A program made the position numbers and the translations under genes. The notes below the pieces were generated by a model. It saw only the letters and a list, made by a program, of their open reading frames with translations, was not told the origin of the DNA and ran no database searches. A stretch of DNA of 64,000 bases from Polyangiaceae bacterium (lineage in GTDB: Bacteria; Myxococcota_A; Polyangia; Polyangiales; Polyangiaceae): positions 320,001-384,000 of the forward strand of contig CBDCTZ010000013.1 of assembly GCA_965222375.1 (NCBI GenBank), read 5' to 3'. This document shows, one piece after another, positions 1 through 8,143 of the stretch; positions within the stretch are counted from its first letter, which is position 1; the number at the start of each line of letters is the position of its first letter.

Positions 1-441
1 GTGGCGCGGAAGACGCACGTGGTAGCCGAGCATACGCGGGCCGGCGAGCTCCTCAGGATCGCCGTCGACGATGCTGTGGGTGTCGCTCAACTTCTTGCCG
101 AGCTCCGCGTAGGCCATGAGCGTCGCGGTGGCACCGTCGATGTCGAACTTCGCATCACTGCGCGTATTGCCACCGTTGGCGATGGCGATCTCGATGAGCT
201 TTTCGCGTTCCTCGTAGATCGCCTTGCTCATTCTCTCGAGCAAGCTGCCGCGCTCGGCAAAGTTCAGTTTGCGCAGGGCCGGTCCGCCAGTGTCGCGGGC
301 AAACGAGAGCGCCTTTTTGATGTCGAGGCCCCCAGACGACGCCGTGGCCACCGGCTCTTCGGTCGCTGGATTGACCAGCTCTTTCTTGCCGCCCGTGCCC
401 TCGATCCAGCGGCCTTCCACGAAGTTTTTCAGGGTTTGCAC
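1..441 (-). CDS. Aldehyde dehydrogenase, PaaZ/BoxD-like (3,4-dehydroadipyl-CoA semialdehyde dehydrogenase type); N-terminal part only, runs off the window
   Basis: Not in the ORF track. Manual translation from GTG at 441, preceded by a GGAGG RBS, gives MQTLKNFVEGRWIEG...LVNPATEEPVA...GGPALRKLNFAERGSLL...GNTRSDAKFDIDGA, typical of the PaaZ/BoxD ALDH N-terminus; frame open to position 1. Confidence 0.85.
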   Translation of the reverse strand, partial: MQTLKNFVEGRWIEGTGGKKELVNPATEEPVATASSGGLDIKKALSFARDTGGPALRKLNFAERGSLLERMSKAIYEEREKLIEIAIANGGNTRSDAKFDIDGATATLMAYAELGKKLSDTHSIVDGDPEELAGPRMLGYHVRLPRH

Positions 442-516
442 GATGCCTCCTAGAGCTGGCAGGCATACGCGACACCGCTTCCGGCGGCAATGGCGGCTCG
501 CTCCGGGGCGGGGTCG

Positions 517-909
517 CTAGCGGCGGGCAGCGACCTTTTTGCAGCACTCCTTGCGCTGAGTCTTGCGGCAGTCCTGGTCCAGCCTGATGCGCCAGGTGAT
601 CTCCTGGCAGCGGCCGCAGCTCTTCATTTCCAGACCGCATTCGATCTTGCCGTCCACCTCGGCGCAGGTTTCAGTCTGCTCGTCTTCTGCCTCACGGGTA
701 CAGCACGCAGGGTCCAAGCACGAGAGGCAGCGGCACATCTGGGTGTTGGTAATGCTCTGTCCGGGTTTGGGCTGATGCTTGGCGCTCGAGGTCGCGTTGC
801 CTTCTGGGAAATGCACGCACGCAACAATCGCCAGCGCCGCCAGCGCCAGGGGCGTGCCTCGGAGCCGCTGAAACCAAGAGCGTCGGGCAGTCACGAAACT
901 TGGACGCAT
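517..909 (-). CDS. Small Cys-rich putative lipoprotein
   Basis: Hydrophobic stretch ending AIVAC, then 12 more Cys in about 100 aa; co-oriented with neighbours; start uncertain. Confidence 0.65.
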   Translation of the reverse strand: MRPSFVTARRSWFQRLRGTPLALAALAIVACVHFPEGNATSSAKHQPKPGQSITNTQMCRCLSCLDPACCTREAEDEQTETCAEVDGKIECGLEMKSCGRCQEITWRIRLDQDCRKTQRKECCKKVAARR

Positions 910-940
910 GAGTGGCGGGACTCCTTTGGCCTCTCTGCGC

Positions 941-1867
941 TCAAAAAGACAGGCGAGCCACGCAGCAGGGGCGCGGGGCTGCAGAAAACTCCGTCAGGCC
1001 CTGCGGCGGCGCTTCCGGGAAGAAGGCCACGATGGCGCCGAGCCGGCCGTCCTGCTCGAAGGCTTGCACCCCCAGCCAAACACGCTGCCCAGCGAAACAA
1101 GGTTTTCGGTAGCCGATCTCAGCCCGCCGTGCGAGTAGCTTCGTCTCGCGATCCAGACGGTAGAAGTGTCGCAGCGCCGCTTCCTCGGCAACGCGTGGGT
1201 AGGCGAGAAAGTTTACGTGTTGATTGCCATCCGTGTGACACAGGCCGAACACCACGGGAGTGTCGTCCAGGCGCGGCGTCGCGTCGATGGGGCTCACGCC
1301 GGATGGGAGCTCGAGCAGATGCGCCGGATCGATCCACTCCGTCCGGTGCTCCGGAACCTTGGGTAGCGCTTCGTCGTCGAGGGAAAACACCCGGTGCTTG
1401 CCCGCCGGGGCGGCGGGCTTGGTGAGCACATGCTGGCCGTAGGCCCTTGCGGCGACGACTCGGGGGCCGTCCGAGGGCGAGCCCGGCGAGTTGGGCACGC
1501 CGCGAGGACCTGAAATCTCCAACCAAGTGTCGAAGGTCAGTCGACTGACTTCACCGGATGCGTCCACGGTGTGCCCCAGCAGGTAGCGCACTTCCGTCTC
1601 CGCAACGTTGCGCACGCTCAGGGGCTCATCCGTCCCGTCGAGCACGACGTAGGTCAACACGGCGCGCACCCCTTGCTTGCCCAAGCGCGCCAGAGACGCC
1701 GCGATGTCCATGCGGCCCCACAAGATCGGACCAATCGGCGGCCACACGCCCTCGAGCCGCAAGCGACCATCCTGCGCGAGATCTTCGAAGCGCAGGCGGG
1801 TTGGCCCGAGCGCTCGGTTGTTGTCCGGCACCTCGGGAGGTTGCGGAGGGCCACTCGATCCGTTCAC
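941..1867 (-). CDS. Double hot-dog fold thioesterase-like protein (acyl-ACP thioesterase-like)
   Basis: LRFEDLAQDGR and HTDGNQHVNFLAY motifs match two hot-dog repeats; GTG start overlaps the thiD stop (GTGA). Confidence 0.7.
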   Translation of the reverse strand: MNGSSGPPQPPEVPDNNRALGPTRLRFEDLAQDGRLRLEGVWPPIGPILWGRMDIAASLARLGKQGVRAVLTYVVLDGTDEPLSVRNVAETEVRYLLGHTVDASGEVSRLTFDTWLEISGPRGVPNSPGSPSDGPRVVAARAYGQHVLTKPAAPAGKHRVFSLDDEALPKVPEHRTEWIDPAHLLELPSGVSPIDATPRLDDTPVVFGLCHTDGNQHVNFLAYPRVAEEAALRHFYRLDRETKLLARRAEIGYRKPCFAGQRVWLGVQAFEQDGRLGAIVAFFPEAPPQGLTEFSAAPRPCCVARLSF

Positions 1868-2676
1868 GCTTCCCTCCAGGGCACTTCCAAGACGTGGCCA
1901 TGGTGCAGAGGTCCGTGCCCGCGGCCCAGACCAGGCGCGAGAGCAATCGCGCGCTGAACATAGTCGTGAGCCCGAGTCACCGCGTCGGTCAGCCGCAAAC
2001 CGTCGGCGATCCCGGCTGCAACCGCCGACGCCAGAGTGCATCCGGTGCCGTGGGTATTGCGGCTCTCGATGCGCGGAGCCTCGAATAGAGCCTGCTCGCC
2101 GTCAGCGGTGCGCAGCATGTCGACGACCTGCTCACCTTCGAGGTGGCCACCCTTCATCAACACCGCACTGGCGCCCATCGCGAGCAGCAGATCTGCAGCG
2201 TGGCCCATGTCCTGGGTGCTCTTGATGGTCAGCCCAGTGAGCGCTTCGGCTTCTGGAACGTTGGGGGTGAGCACGGCGGCGAGAGGTACCAGGCGCAACT
2301 TGACCGCACTGATCGCGTCAGCGGCGAGAAGTGCGGCGCCGCCCTTGGCCACCATCACAGGGTCGACGACCACGGGAATGCTGCGGCCGCGCTTTTCGAT
2401 GCAGCGTACGACAGCGTCGATGACCTCAGCAGAACCAAGCATGCCGGTCTTGATGGCGTCGGCGCCGATGTCGGCGAGTACGGCGTCCATTTGCGCGGCG
2501 ACGAAGCCCGGCGCCACGGGCATGACGTCCTGCACGCCGCGAGTATTCTGCACCGTCAGCGCGGTCAGGGCGGTCGCAGCGTAGGCACCGAGCACGGTGA
2601 TGGTCTTGATATCCGCCTGAATGCCTGCTCCGCCTCCGGAGTCAGAGCCAGCGACGACTAGGACGCGTCCCAACAT
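1864..2676 (-). CDS. thiD: Hydroxymethylpyrimidine/phosphomethylpyrimidine kinase
   Basis: AGSDSGGGAGIQADIKT, IKTGML, VVDPVM, TPNVPEA and NTHGTGCTLASA motifs. Confidence 0.97.
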   Translation of the reverse strand: MLGRVLVVAGSDSGGGAGIQADIKTITVLGAYAATALTALTVQNTRGVQDVMPVAPGFVAAQMDAVLADIGADAIKTGMLGSAEVIDAVVRCIEKRGRSIPVVVDPVMVAKGGAALLAADAISAVKLRLVPLAAVLTPNVPEAEALTGLTIKSTQDMGHAADLLLAMGASAVLMKGGHLEGEQVVDMLRTADGEQALFEAPRIESRNTHGTGCTLASAVAAGIADGLRLTDAVTRAHDYVQRAIALAPGLGRGHGPLHHGHVLEVPWREA

Positions 2677-2809
2677 GGGCAGCGGTATAGTACCGCCTCC
2701 CGCGTAGGCGAAGGCCCATGGGACATGAGAACGGCCCGCGGCGACGTCTTATGGCCTGTCGATCGCGCAATTTACTCGTGTCACGGCGTTTGCGAGTAGC
2801 TTCGGAAGG

Positions 2810-3154
2810 ATGCTGCGAATCTCCGAGTCTGGCCCGCCCTGCACCGTGATCGTCACCGTCGACGCCCAACGAGACGTCTTGCCGGAGCTGGAAGCGCACG
2901 CGCGCCTTGGCCTGGAACGCTTCCCGGAGTTCCCCGGGTTCCTCGGGGGCGCGCTCCACCGCAGCGCGGATGGCACGCGCTTGGTGCAGTATCTACAGTG
3001 GGCCTCGCAAGCCGAATACGAGGCGTGCCTCACGCATCCGCGTTGGGAGGAAATGGAAACGACACAGCGCTTCATGACCCACGTCAACGCGGGCCGGGCA
3101 CGGATGAGCGCTCAGATCTTCGCGGTGATCGCGACGAGCGAGACACGCACCTGA
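2810..3154 (+). CDS. Antibiotic biosynthesis monooxygenase (ABM) family protein
   Basis: PGFLGGALHRSADGTRLVQYLQW pattern; 114 aa. Confidence 0.8.
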   Translation: MLRISESGPPCTVIVTVDAQRDVLPELEAHARLGLERFPEFPGFLGGALHRSADGTRLVQYLQWASQAEYEACLTHPRWEEMETTQRFMTHVNAGRARMSAQIFAVIATSETRT

Positions 3155-3175
3155 CATGCGGCCCGGTGTGGCGCG

Positions 3176-3467
3176 TGACGGAGGCTGATAGGAGGAAGGC
3201 GTCTTGTGCCGCGGTGGACCACAAAGGTCCCCGGGGCGGGTGGGCAACTTGGTCGGCACACTGCAGACGTCAGTTGCTCAAATTCTGTACGGAGCCCCCC
3301 CAATCGGGCGGGAACACAGTGGTCGGACAACCGCGATGCTGAGTTGCGAAGTTTTGCGCCGGCGACAGGCGTGGCTCTGACTGGATGAGGGCTCCGCTGC
3401 GGGCGGGCCTTTGGGGGCCCGCCACGTCCGCATCTCCGCCGGAGCGCCGGCGCCGAAGTTGTCAGAG
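3176..3467 (+). repeat. Left copy of ~290 bp inverted repeat (possible structured RNA)
   Basis: Collinear with the reverse complement of 5296-5582; exact shared blocks include GTCGGACAACCGCGATGCTGAGTTGCG (27 nt, 3322-3348), TCTGTACGGAG, GGGCAACTTG, GGGGGCCCGCCAC, GCGCCGGCGCCG. Confidence 0.92.
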
Positions 3468-3549
3468 AAGGATCGCGAAGTGCGTGACCGAGTGACGAAG
3501 AGTTTCTGCGCTGATTAGTCACTTTGTGCTTGACGGATTTCTGGGCGAC

Positions 3550-3635
3550 GTCGTTTCGAGTTTCGAGACGAGCGATTCACGTGCGCCGTGCGCGCGCGAG
3601 ATTGAAGCCCAAGGACGTTTCGAGTTCGAAACGAC
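3550..3635. repeat. Two near-palindromic copies of CGTTTCGAGT(T)TCGARACG upstream of the HNH gene
   Basis: TCGTTTCGA-GTT-TCGAGACGA at 3551-3571 and CGTTTCGA-GT-TCGAAACG at 3616-3633. Confidence 0.8.
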
Positions 3636-3713
3636 TTTGCCGCTGGCCCCATCGCTGGAACGCCGGCTGCGGGCCAGCAGTGAAGGTAAATATCCCCGTG
3701 TTACGAAAGAAAC

Positions 3714-5081
3714 ATGGACACTCTCGACTCTCTCAGCAACGAACAACTACTCGCCCGGCTGCCAGTGCTTTGCTCCGAAGAGCGACGGGCGACCGCTGAG
3801 GTCATCGTGTACTTGGCGGAGGTCGAGCGTCGAAAGCTCTACCTCCAGGAGGCCTGTTCCTCGCTGTTCGCATTCTGCGTCGAGCGGCTCGGCTACTCGG
3901 AGCAAGCTGCCCTGAAGCGAATGCGCGTGGCTCGCCTCTACCTGGAGCTGCCGCAGATCCTCGATGAGCTGAAGGGCGGGGCGATCCACCTGACCGGGCT
4001 CTTCCTGCTCTCGGGTCATCTGACTGGAGACAACGCGGAGTCGCTGCTGGCCGAGGCTCGCGGCAAGACCCGGCGTCAGCTCGAACTTGTGATTGCGCGA
4101 TGGTTCCCAAGGCCCGATGTCCTGGCCAGCATCACGCCACTCGGGGTGGAATCAACTCGTCCTGGGATTCCTGGGATAGGTGCAATCGCCACCGCCGTCA
4201 CCAGGAATGGAGCTCCTACAGACGCGGCTGACGGAGTTACCTATCCTGGGACAAGCGATTACCTCGACGGCGCCGGAACCGCGAGCGACACCACCTATCC
4301 TGGGACGAGTGAATCTCACGGAAGCGGACATGGTCAGCGTCGAGCGCGCGCCCGAGCGCAGCCGCTCTCCGCGCAGAGCTACCGCGTGGAATTCACGGCC
4401 AGCGCGGAGCTTCACGCGAAACTCGAGCGCGCCCAGAACTTGCTCAGCCACGCGGTGGCGCCAGGGAACTTGGGAGAGCTCTTCGAGCGTGCTTTGGATG
4501 AGCTCATCGCGAAGGAGACCAAGCGACGTCAGGGCGTAATGAGCGACAAGCCCCGCAAGCTCCGGCCGCTCAAGGAAGACTCACGGCACGTACCGGTCTC
4601 GGTGGCTCGAGAGGTGTGGGAGCGCGACGAGTCCCAATGCACGTTTGTCGACGCACACGGACGGCGCTGCAGTGAGAAACGCTATGTGACCCTGGAACAC
4701 GTGGACCCGCACGCTCGCGGTGGCCCGCCCAGTGTCCACAACCTCTGTTTACTCTGCGGACCTCACAACCAAGACGCGGCTAGGCGCGAGTTCGGCGAGG
4801 AGCACATCCGGCGCAAGCAACGAGAGCGCGAAGCCTATTCGAAAGCGGGAAAGGTGCTGGTTGGCCTCGGGTTCAAGCGCAAGCAGGTCAGCTCCGCACT
4901 GGACGCGCTTCGCAAACGCGGAAATGAGCCCGAAGTCGAGGCATTGCTGCGACAGGCCGTCGCCATGCTGCATCCCGTCATGCAGATCGCTCCGCAAGCT
5001 GCCGACACCGAGAAACCAGCTGAGCCGAGGGCTCACGCACAACCGCGCCGCGCTCATGCGCAAGAAACGATCGCGCCGTGA
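3714..5081 (+). CDS. HNH endonuclease with helical DUF222-like N-terminus and RuvA C-terminal-like domain
   Basis: RDESQC...RRC...LEHVDPHARGG...NLCLLCGPHN is a Zn-binding HNH motif; LVGLGFKRKQVSSAL...EALLRQAVAML resembles RuvA domain III. Confidence 0.88.
   Translation: MDTLDSLSNEQLLARLPVLCSEERRATAEVIVYLAEVERRKLYLQEACSSLFAFCVERLGYSEQAALKRMRVARLYLELPQILDELKGGAIHLTGLFLLSGHLTGDNAESLLAEARGKTRRQLELVIARWFPRPDVLASITPLGVESTRPGIPGIGAIATAVTRNGAPTDAADGVTYPGTSDYLDGAGTASDTTYPGTSESHGSGHGQRRARARAQPLSAQSYRVEFTASAELHAKLERAQNLLSHAVAPGNLGELFERALDELIAKETKRRQGVMSDKPRKLRPLKEDSRHVPVSVAREVWERDESQCTFVDAHGRRCSEKRYVTLEHVDPHARGGPPSVHNLCLLCGPHNQDAARREFGEEHIRRKQREREAYSKAGKVLVGLGFKRKQVSSALDALRKRGNEPEVEALLRQAVAMLHPVMQIAPQAADTEKPAEPRAHAQPRRAHAQETIAP
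4155..4306. repeat. Intragenic TCCTGGGA-core repeats in the HNH linker
   Basis: ACCTATCCTGGGAC exact at 4239-4252 and 4293-4306; variant at 4155-4168; inverted-type copy TCCTGGGATAGGT at 4169-4181. Confidence 0.8.
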
Positions 5082-5118
5082 CTCCAGGGCTGCCGGCGCC
5101 GCGACGTGCACGAGGCTT

Positions 5119-5268
5119 TCGCGCGGCCCATTGCTGCGAGTCTGGGCGCGCCACTCGCGCGGCCCCTTGGTGCGAGCCCTGCGCAGAAGACTTACGGCGC
5201 CGTGACTACACGACTGCCGGCGCAGTAACGGGCGCGAGGCTTTGACTCGCGCGGCGGATTGATGCGAG
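5119..5268 (+). repeat. Three 22-nt REP-like hairpin repeats TCGCGCGGCnnnTTGnTGCGAG
   Basis: Copies at 5119-5140, 5155-5176 and 5247-5268. Confidence 0.85.
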
Positions 5269-5295
5269 GCACGAGCGCGCCGCCGGCGCTCCGCG

Positions 5296-5582
5296 CTCTG
5301 ACACGCGCGGCGCCGGCGCCCCGGCGGAGGTGCGGGTGTGGCGGGCCCCCCAAGACCCGCCCGCACCGCAGCCCTCACCAGACGAGACGACACCAGTCGC
5401 TGGCGCGTTTTGCGCAACTCAGCATCGCGGTTGTCCGACAAGTTGTCCCACCCGGGGTGGGCCTCCGTACAGATTTCGCGCAACTAGCTGACTCAACGTG
5501 TCGAACAAGTTGCCCTCCCACCCTGGGATTTCCGTGTGTGCAGATCGTTGAAGGACCGCATTCCCCTATCAGCCTTCCGTCA
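5296..5582 (-). repeat. Right copy of ~290 bp inverted repeat
   Basis: Reverse complement aligns with 3176-3467; the 27-nt exact block lies at 5413-5439. Confidence 0.92.
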
Positions 5583-6020
5583 TGGGCGGGGAGGGTTGTT
5601 CGGGCTGGAGGGTGGGTCTCGGCTTGTGCAGAGTTGCCTTCGCCAGCGCGCCAGAAAATGTCCGGCGCGTTTTGCGGGCGCAGGCGGACCGCGAGCTGGA
5701 AAACTCGCCAGTGCGCCGGCGAACGCGTGGCGGCGCGGGCGGCGCGGCAGTCCGTCGAGAGGTCCAGCCAATCTATCCTATTGGTAACGCCACACCTCGC
5801 ACCGCGATGAACCGTCGATGACGGCAGCTTCCGGCACATCCCCCAAAACAGACAACGATCAACTAGTCGGACCTTTCGCGGCGCATCCTTTTGGGCGGTC
5901 CCTGCAGAAAGTGTGCTGAATCATGGGATGCGAGGATGGGCACAATGGGTGAGGCCAAAGCGCAGCCGGCGCGCCGGCCCGAACCACAGGACTCCACCCC
6001 TTCGAGGCGGCAACTGCGCT

Positions 6021-8108
6021 ATGCTTCAGCCCATGATGTCACTCCTGCGCTTGGCGTTCATGGCGGTGGTTTCGGCGAGCTTGCTCGCCTGTGGCGGCGA
6101 CGACGGCGCGGGTGGCGGAAGCTCGGGCTCGGGTGGCAGCGGCGGAACTGGCGGCAGCGGTGGCGCGCCTCCGATTGGCTCCAAGGTGACCAGTGTGACC
6201 ATCGTCGCGCATGCCGGCGCGACCGAGGCGGGTGTGGTCACCTTCGCCCAAGCGTTCAAGGCCGGAGACGTCGCGGAAAGCGTGGCCGTAACGGACGGTG
6301 ACACCCCGCTCACGACTCAAGTCGACGTCAAACGTCGACACGACGATGGCAGCCTGCGCCACGCGGTGATCAGCGTCGAGCTGCCTGCCCTCAGCGCCGA
6401 TCAATCCCTCAACCTCGACATCAAGAGCGCCGGCGCCCCACAGCCTGCGCCCGGCCCGGATACCAAGACGCTGCTCGGGGGCGGTCTCGACACAAGCGTC
6501 GAGGTGACAGAAGGCGGCAAGACCTACGTTGCCGAAGCCGCAGATTTACTTGGAGCCACGGCTGCAACCCGCTGGCTCGACGGCACGTTGGTCAGTGAAG
6601 TGCGCACGTTGGGACCCTTGAGCGAAGGCGGCAGTGATCACCCCGCATTGGCTGTGCAGCTCGACGCGCGTTTCTTCAGCCCAAGTGACGTGCGGGTCTC
6701 GGTGAGCGTGGAGAATGCCTTTCACGACACGCCGGGCAATCGCAACTACGACGTCAAGATCATCAGTGGAGGCAATACGATTTATGAGAGGGCAGGCGTG
6801 GATCACTTCCACCATGCTCGCTGGCGCCACGTGCACTCCTTCGGAACAGCTCAGCCCGACGTCTTCGTTCGCCATGACCTCGGCTACTTGATCGAAACCG
6901 GAGCGCTGCCCAAATACGATCTAGCCCGGACGCCCTCCCCCAAGGCCATCAGCAGTGTGACCAATGCCTGGGACGCAGCCGACAAGGACATCTTGGACAA
7001 CGGCTTGGTCACGAAGTACTTCCCAACCACTGGCGGTCGGGACGACATCGGTCCGCTGCCAAAATGGGCCGCCGTCGCGCTGATGACGGGTGACCCGGGT
7101 GTCATGGCCGCAACCATGGGCGTCGGTGATCTGGCGGCGAGCTTTTCCGTGCACTACCGCGACCGGGACACCGATCGCGCCATGGGCATCGATGACCACC
7201 CCACGATTTCACTGATCGCGGCTGCTGCAAAGCACTCGGATCCGGCGGATAAGCTGCCGGACTGCACGAACTGCGACTCGCCCTACACCGTGGACGATGC
7301 CCACCAGCCCTCGCTGGTATACGTGCCCTACTTGCTCAGCGGCGACAGCTTCTATCTGGACGAACTCTACTTCTGGACCAGCTGGAACTTCATCAAACAG
7401 AACCAGCAGTATCGAAAGAACGACCAGGGGCTGCTCGAGAGCCTGCAGGTGCGCGCTCAAGCCTGGTCAATCCGCACCTTGCTGCACGCGGCATGGCTCG
7501 CGCCGGACGGCGACAAGGAGCAGGCGTACCTGGCAGACAAGGTGAAGAACAACATCACCTGGTACAAGGACAACGCCATCGACAGCAATCCCTTCGGTTG
7601 GTGGGGAGAGCAGAGCAACTGGAACACCGACGGCGGGCGCCCCGACGACAACATGGATGCGGACGTGCGCTACTACACGTCGCCGTGGCAGAGCGACTTC
7701 CTGGTGTGGACCTGGGATAGCGCCGTCCGCATGGGCTATACGGACGCGCAAGGGATCCACGACTGGTTCGTCAAGTACACCATTGGGCGCTACACCAACG
7801 GGCCGGACTACAATCCCTACGACGGTTCGCCCTATCACATCGCGACCAGCAGTGTTTCGGGCAAGCCTTACTCGAGCTGGGCTGAGTTCTGGCAAATGAG
7901 CTTCGCGAACCGGAGCGGCCCCTCCCCGACGACCCTGGAGGATAAGAACTGCTCTTTGTGCTACTCCGCCATCGCGCGAGTCGCCCTGAGCAGCGCCGCC
8001 CGCGCCAAGCTCGCCAAGGGTCAAGAGGCCTTCGACTTCGTCGACAAGGAGCTGCGTCAAGCCGACGACAAATACGACGACGACCCGACCTGGGCGATCG
8101 TTCCCTAG
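6021..8108 (+). CDS. Large secreted lipoprotein, possibly carbohydrate-active (lyase/hydrolase-like)
   Basis: Lipobox LLAC, Gly/Ser linker, VTFAQAFKAGDV...QVDVKRRHDDGSLRHAVIS N-terminal module, TGGRDDIGPLPKW and DDAHQPSL motifs, aromatic-rich C-terminus; function is inference; start 6021 or 6033. Confidence 0.8.
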   Translation: MLQPMMSLLRLAFMAVVSASLLACGGDDGAGGGSSGSGGSGGTGGSGGAPPIGSKVTSVTIVAHAGATEAGVVTFAQAFKAGDVAESVAVTDGDTPLTTQVDVKRRHDDGSLRHAVISVELPALSADQSLNLDIKSAGAPQPAPGPDTKTLLGGGLDTSVEVTEGGKTYVAEAADLLGATAATRWLDGTLVSEVRTLGPLSEGGSDHPALAVQLDARFFSPSDVRVSVSVENAFHDTPGNRNYDVKIISGGNTIYERAGVDHFHHARWRHVHSFGTAQPDVFVRHDLGYLIETGALPKYDLARTPSPKAISSVTNAWDAADKDILDNGLVTKYFPTTGGRDDIGPLPKWAAVALMTGDPGVMAATMGVGDLAASFSVHYRDRDTDRAMGIDDHPTISLIAAAAKHSDPADKLPDCTNCDSPYTVDDAHQPSLVYVPYLLSGDSFYLDELYFWTSWNFIKQNQQYRKNDQGLLESLQVRAQAWSIRTLLHAAWLAPDGDKEQAYLADKVKNNITWYKDNAIDSNPFGWWGEQSNWNTDGGRPDDNMDADVRYYTSPWQSDFLVWTWDSAVRMGYTDAQGIHDWFVKYTIGRYTNGPDYNPYDGSPYHIATSSVSGKPYSSWAEFWQMSFANRSGPSPTTLEDKNCSLCYSAIARVALSSAARAKLAKGQEAFDFVDKELRQADDKYDDDPTWAIVP

Positions 8109-8143
8109 TTCAGTCGACTGCGAGAAGGCGCACGTCTCGACTC

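Larger units (their letters stand above)
3176..5582. mobile_element. Putative HNH-endonuclease element bounded by ~290 bp imperfect inverted repeats
   Basis: The repeats and the HNH gene are seen directly; mobility is inferred; no transposase and no target-site duplication recognised. Confidence 0.55.

Noticed and set aside
1..453. Plus-strand 150 aa ORF
   Set aside because: Antisense shadow of the minus-strand aldehyde dehydrogenase
2677..2809. TPP riboswitch upstream of thiD
   Set aside because: No CTGAGA or other TPP core motif; only a short GCGGTA-TAG-TACCGC palindrome
3112..3522. ORFs over the long repeats (3112-3522, 3206-3388, 5259-5810, 5375-5839) as duplicated genes
   Set aside because: Shared peptides switch frame between copies, so similarity is at nucleotide level
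3714..5081. IscB/Cas9/TnpB-type nuclease or classical IS transposase
   Set aside because: No recognisable RuvC, PLMP, DDE or HUH motifs
5119..5268. CRISPR array
   Set aside because: Three degenerate repeats, irregular spacing, no cas genes
5583..6020. Riboswitch in the long leader of the lipoprotein gene
   Set aside because: No known aptamer consensus recognised by eye; an Rfam search is needed to exclude one
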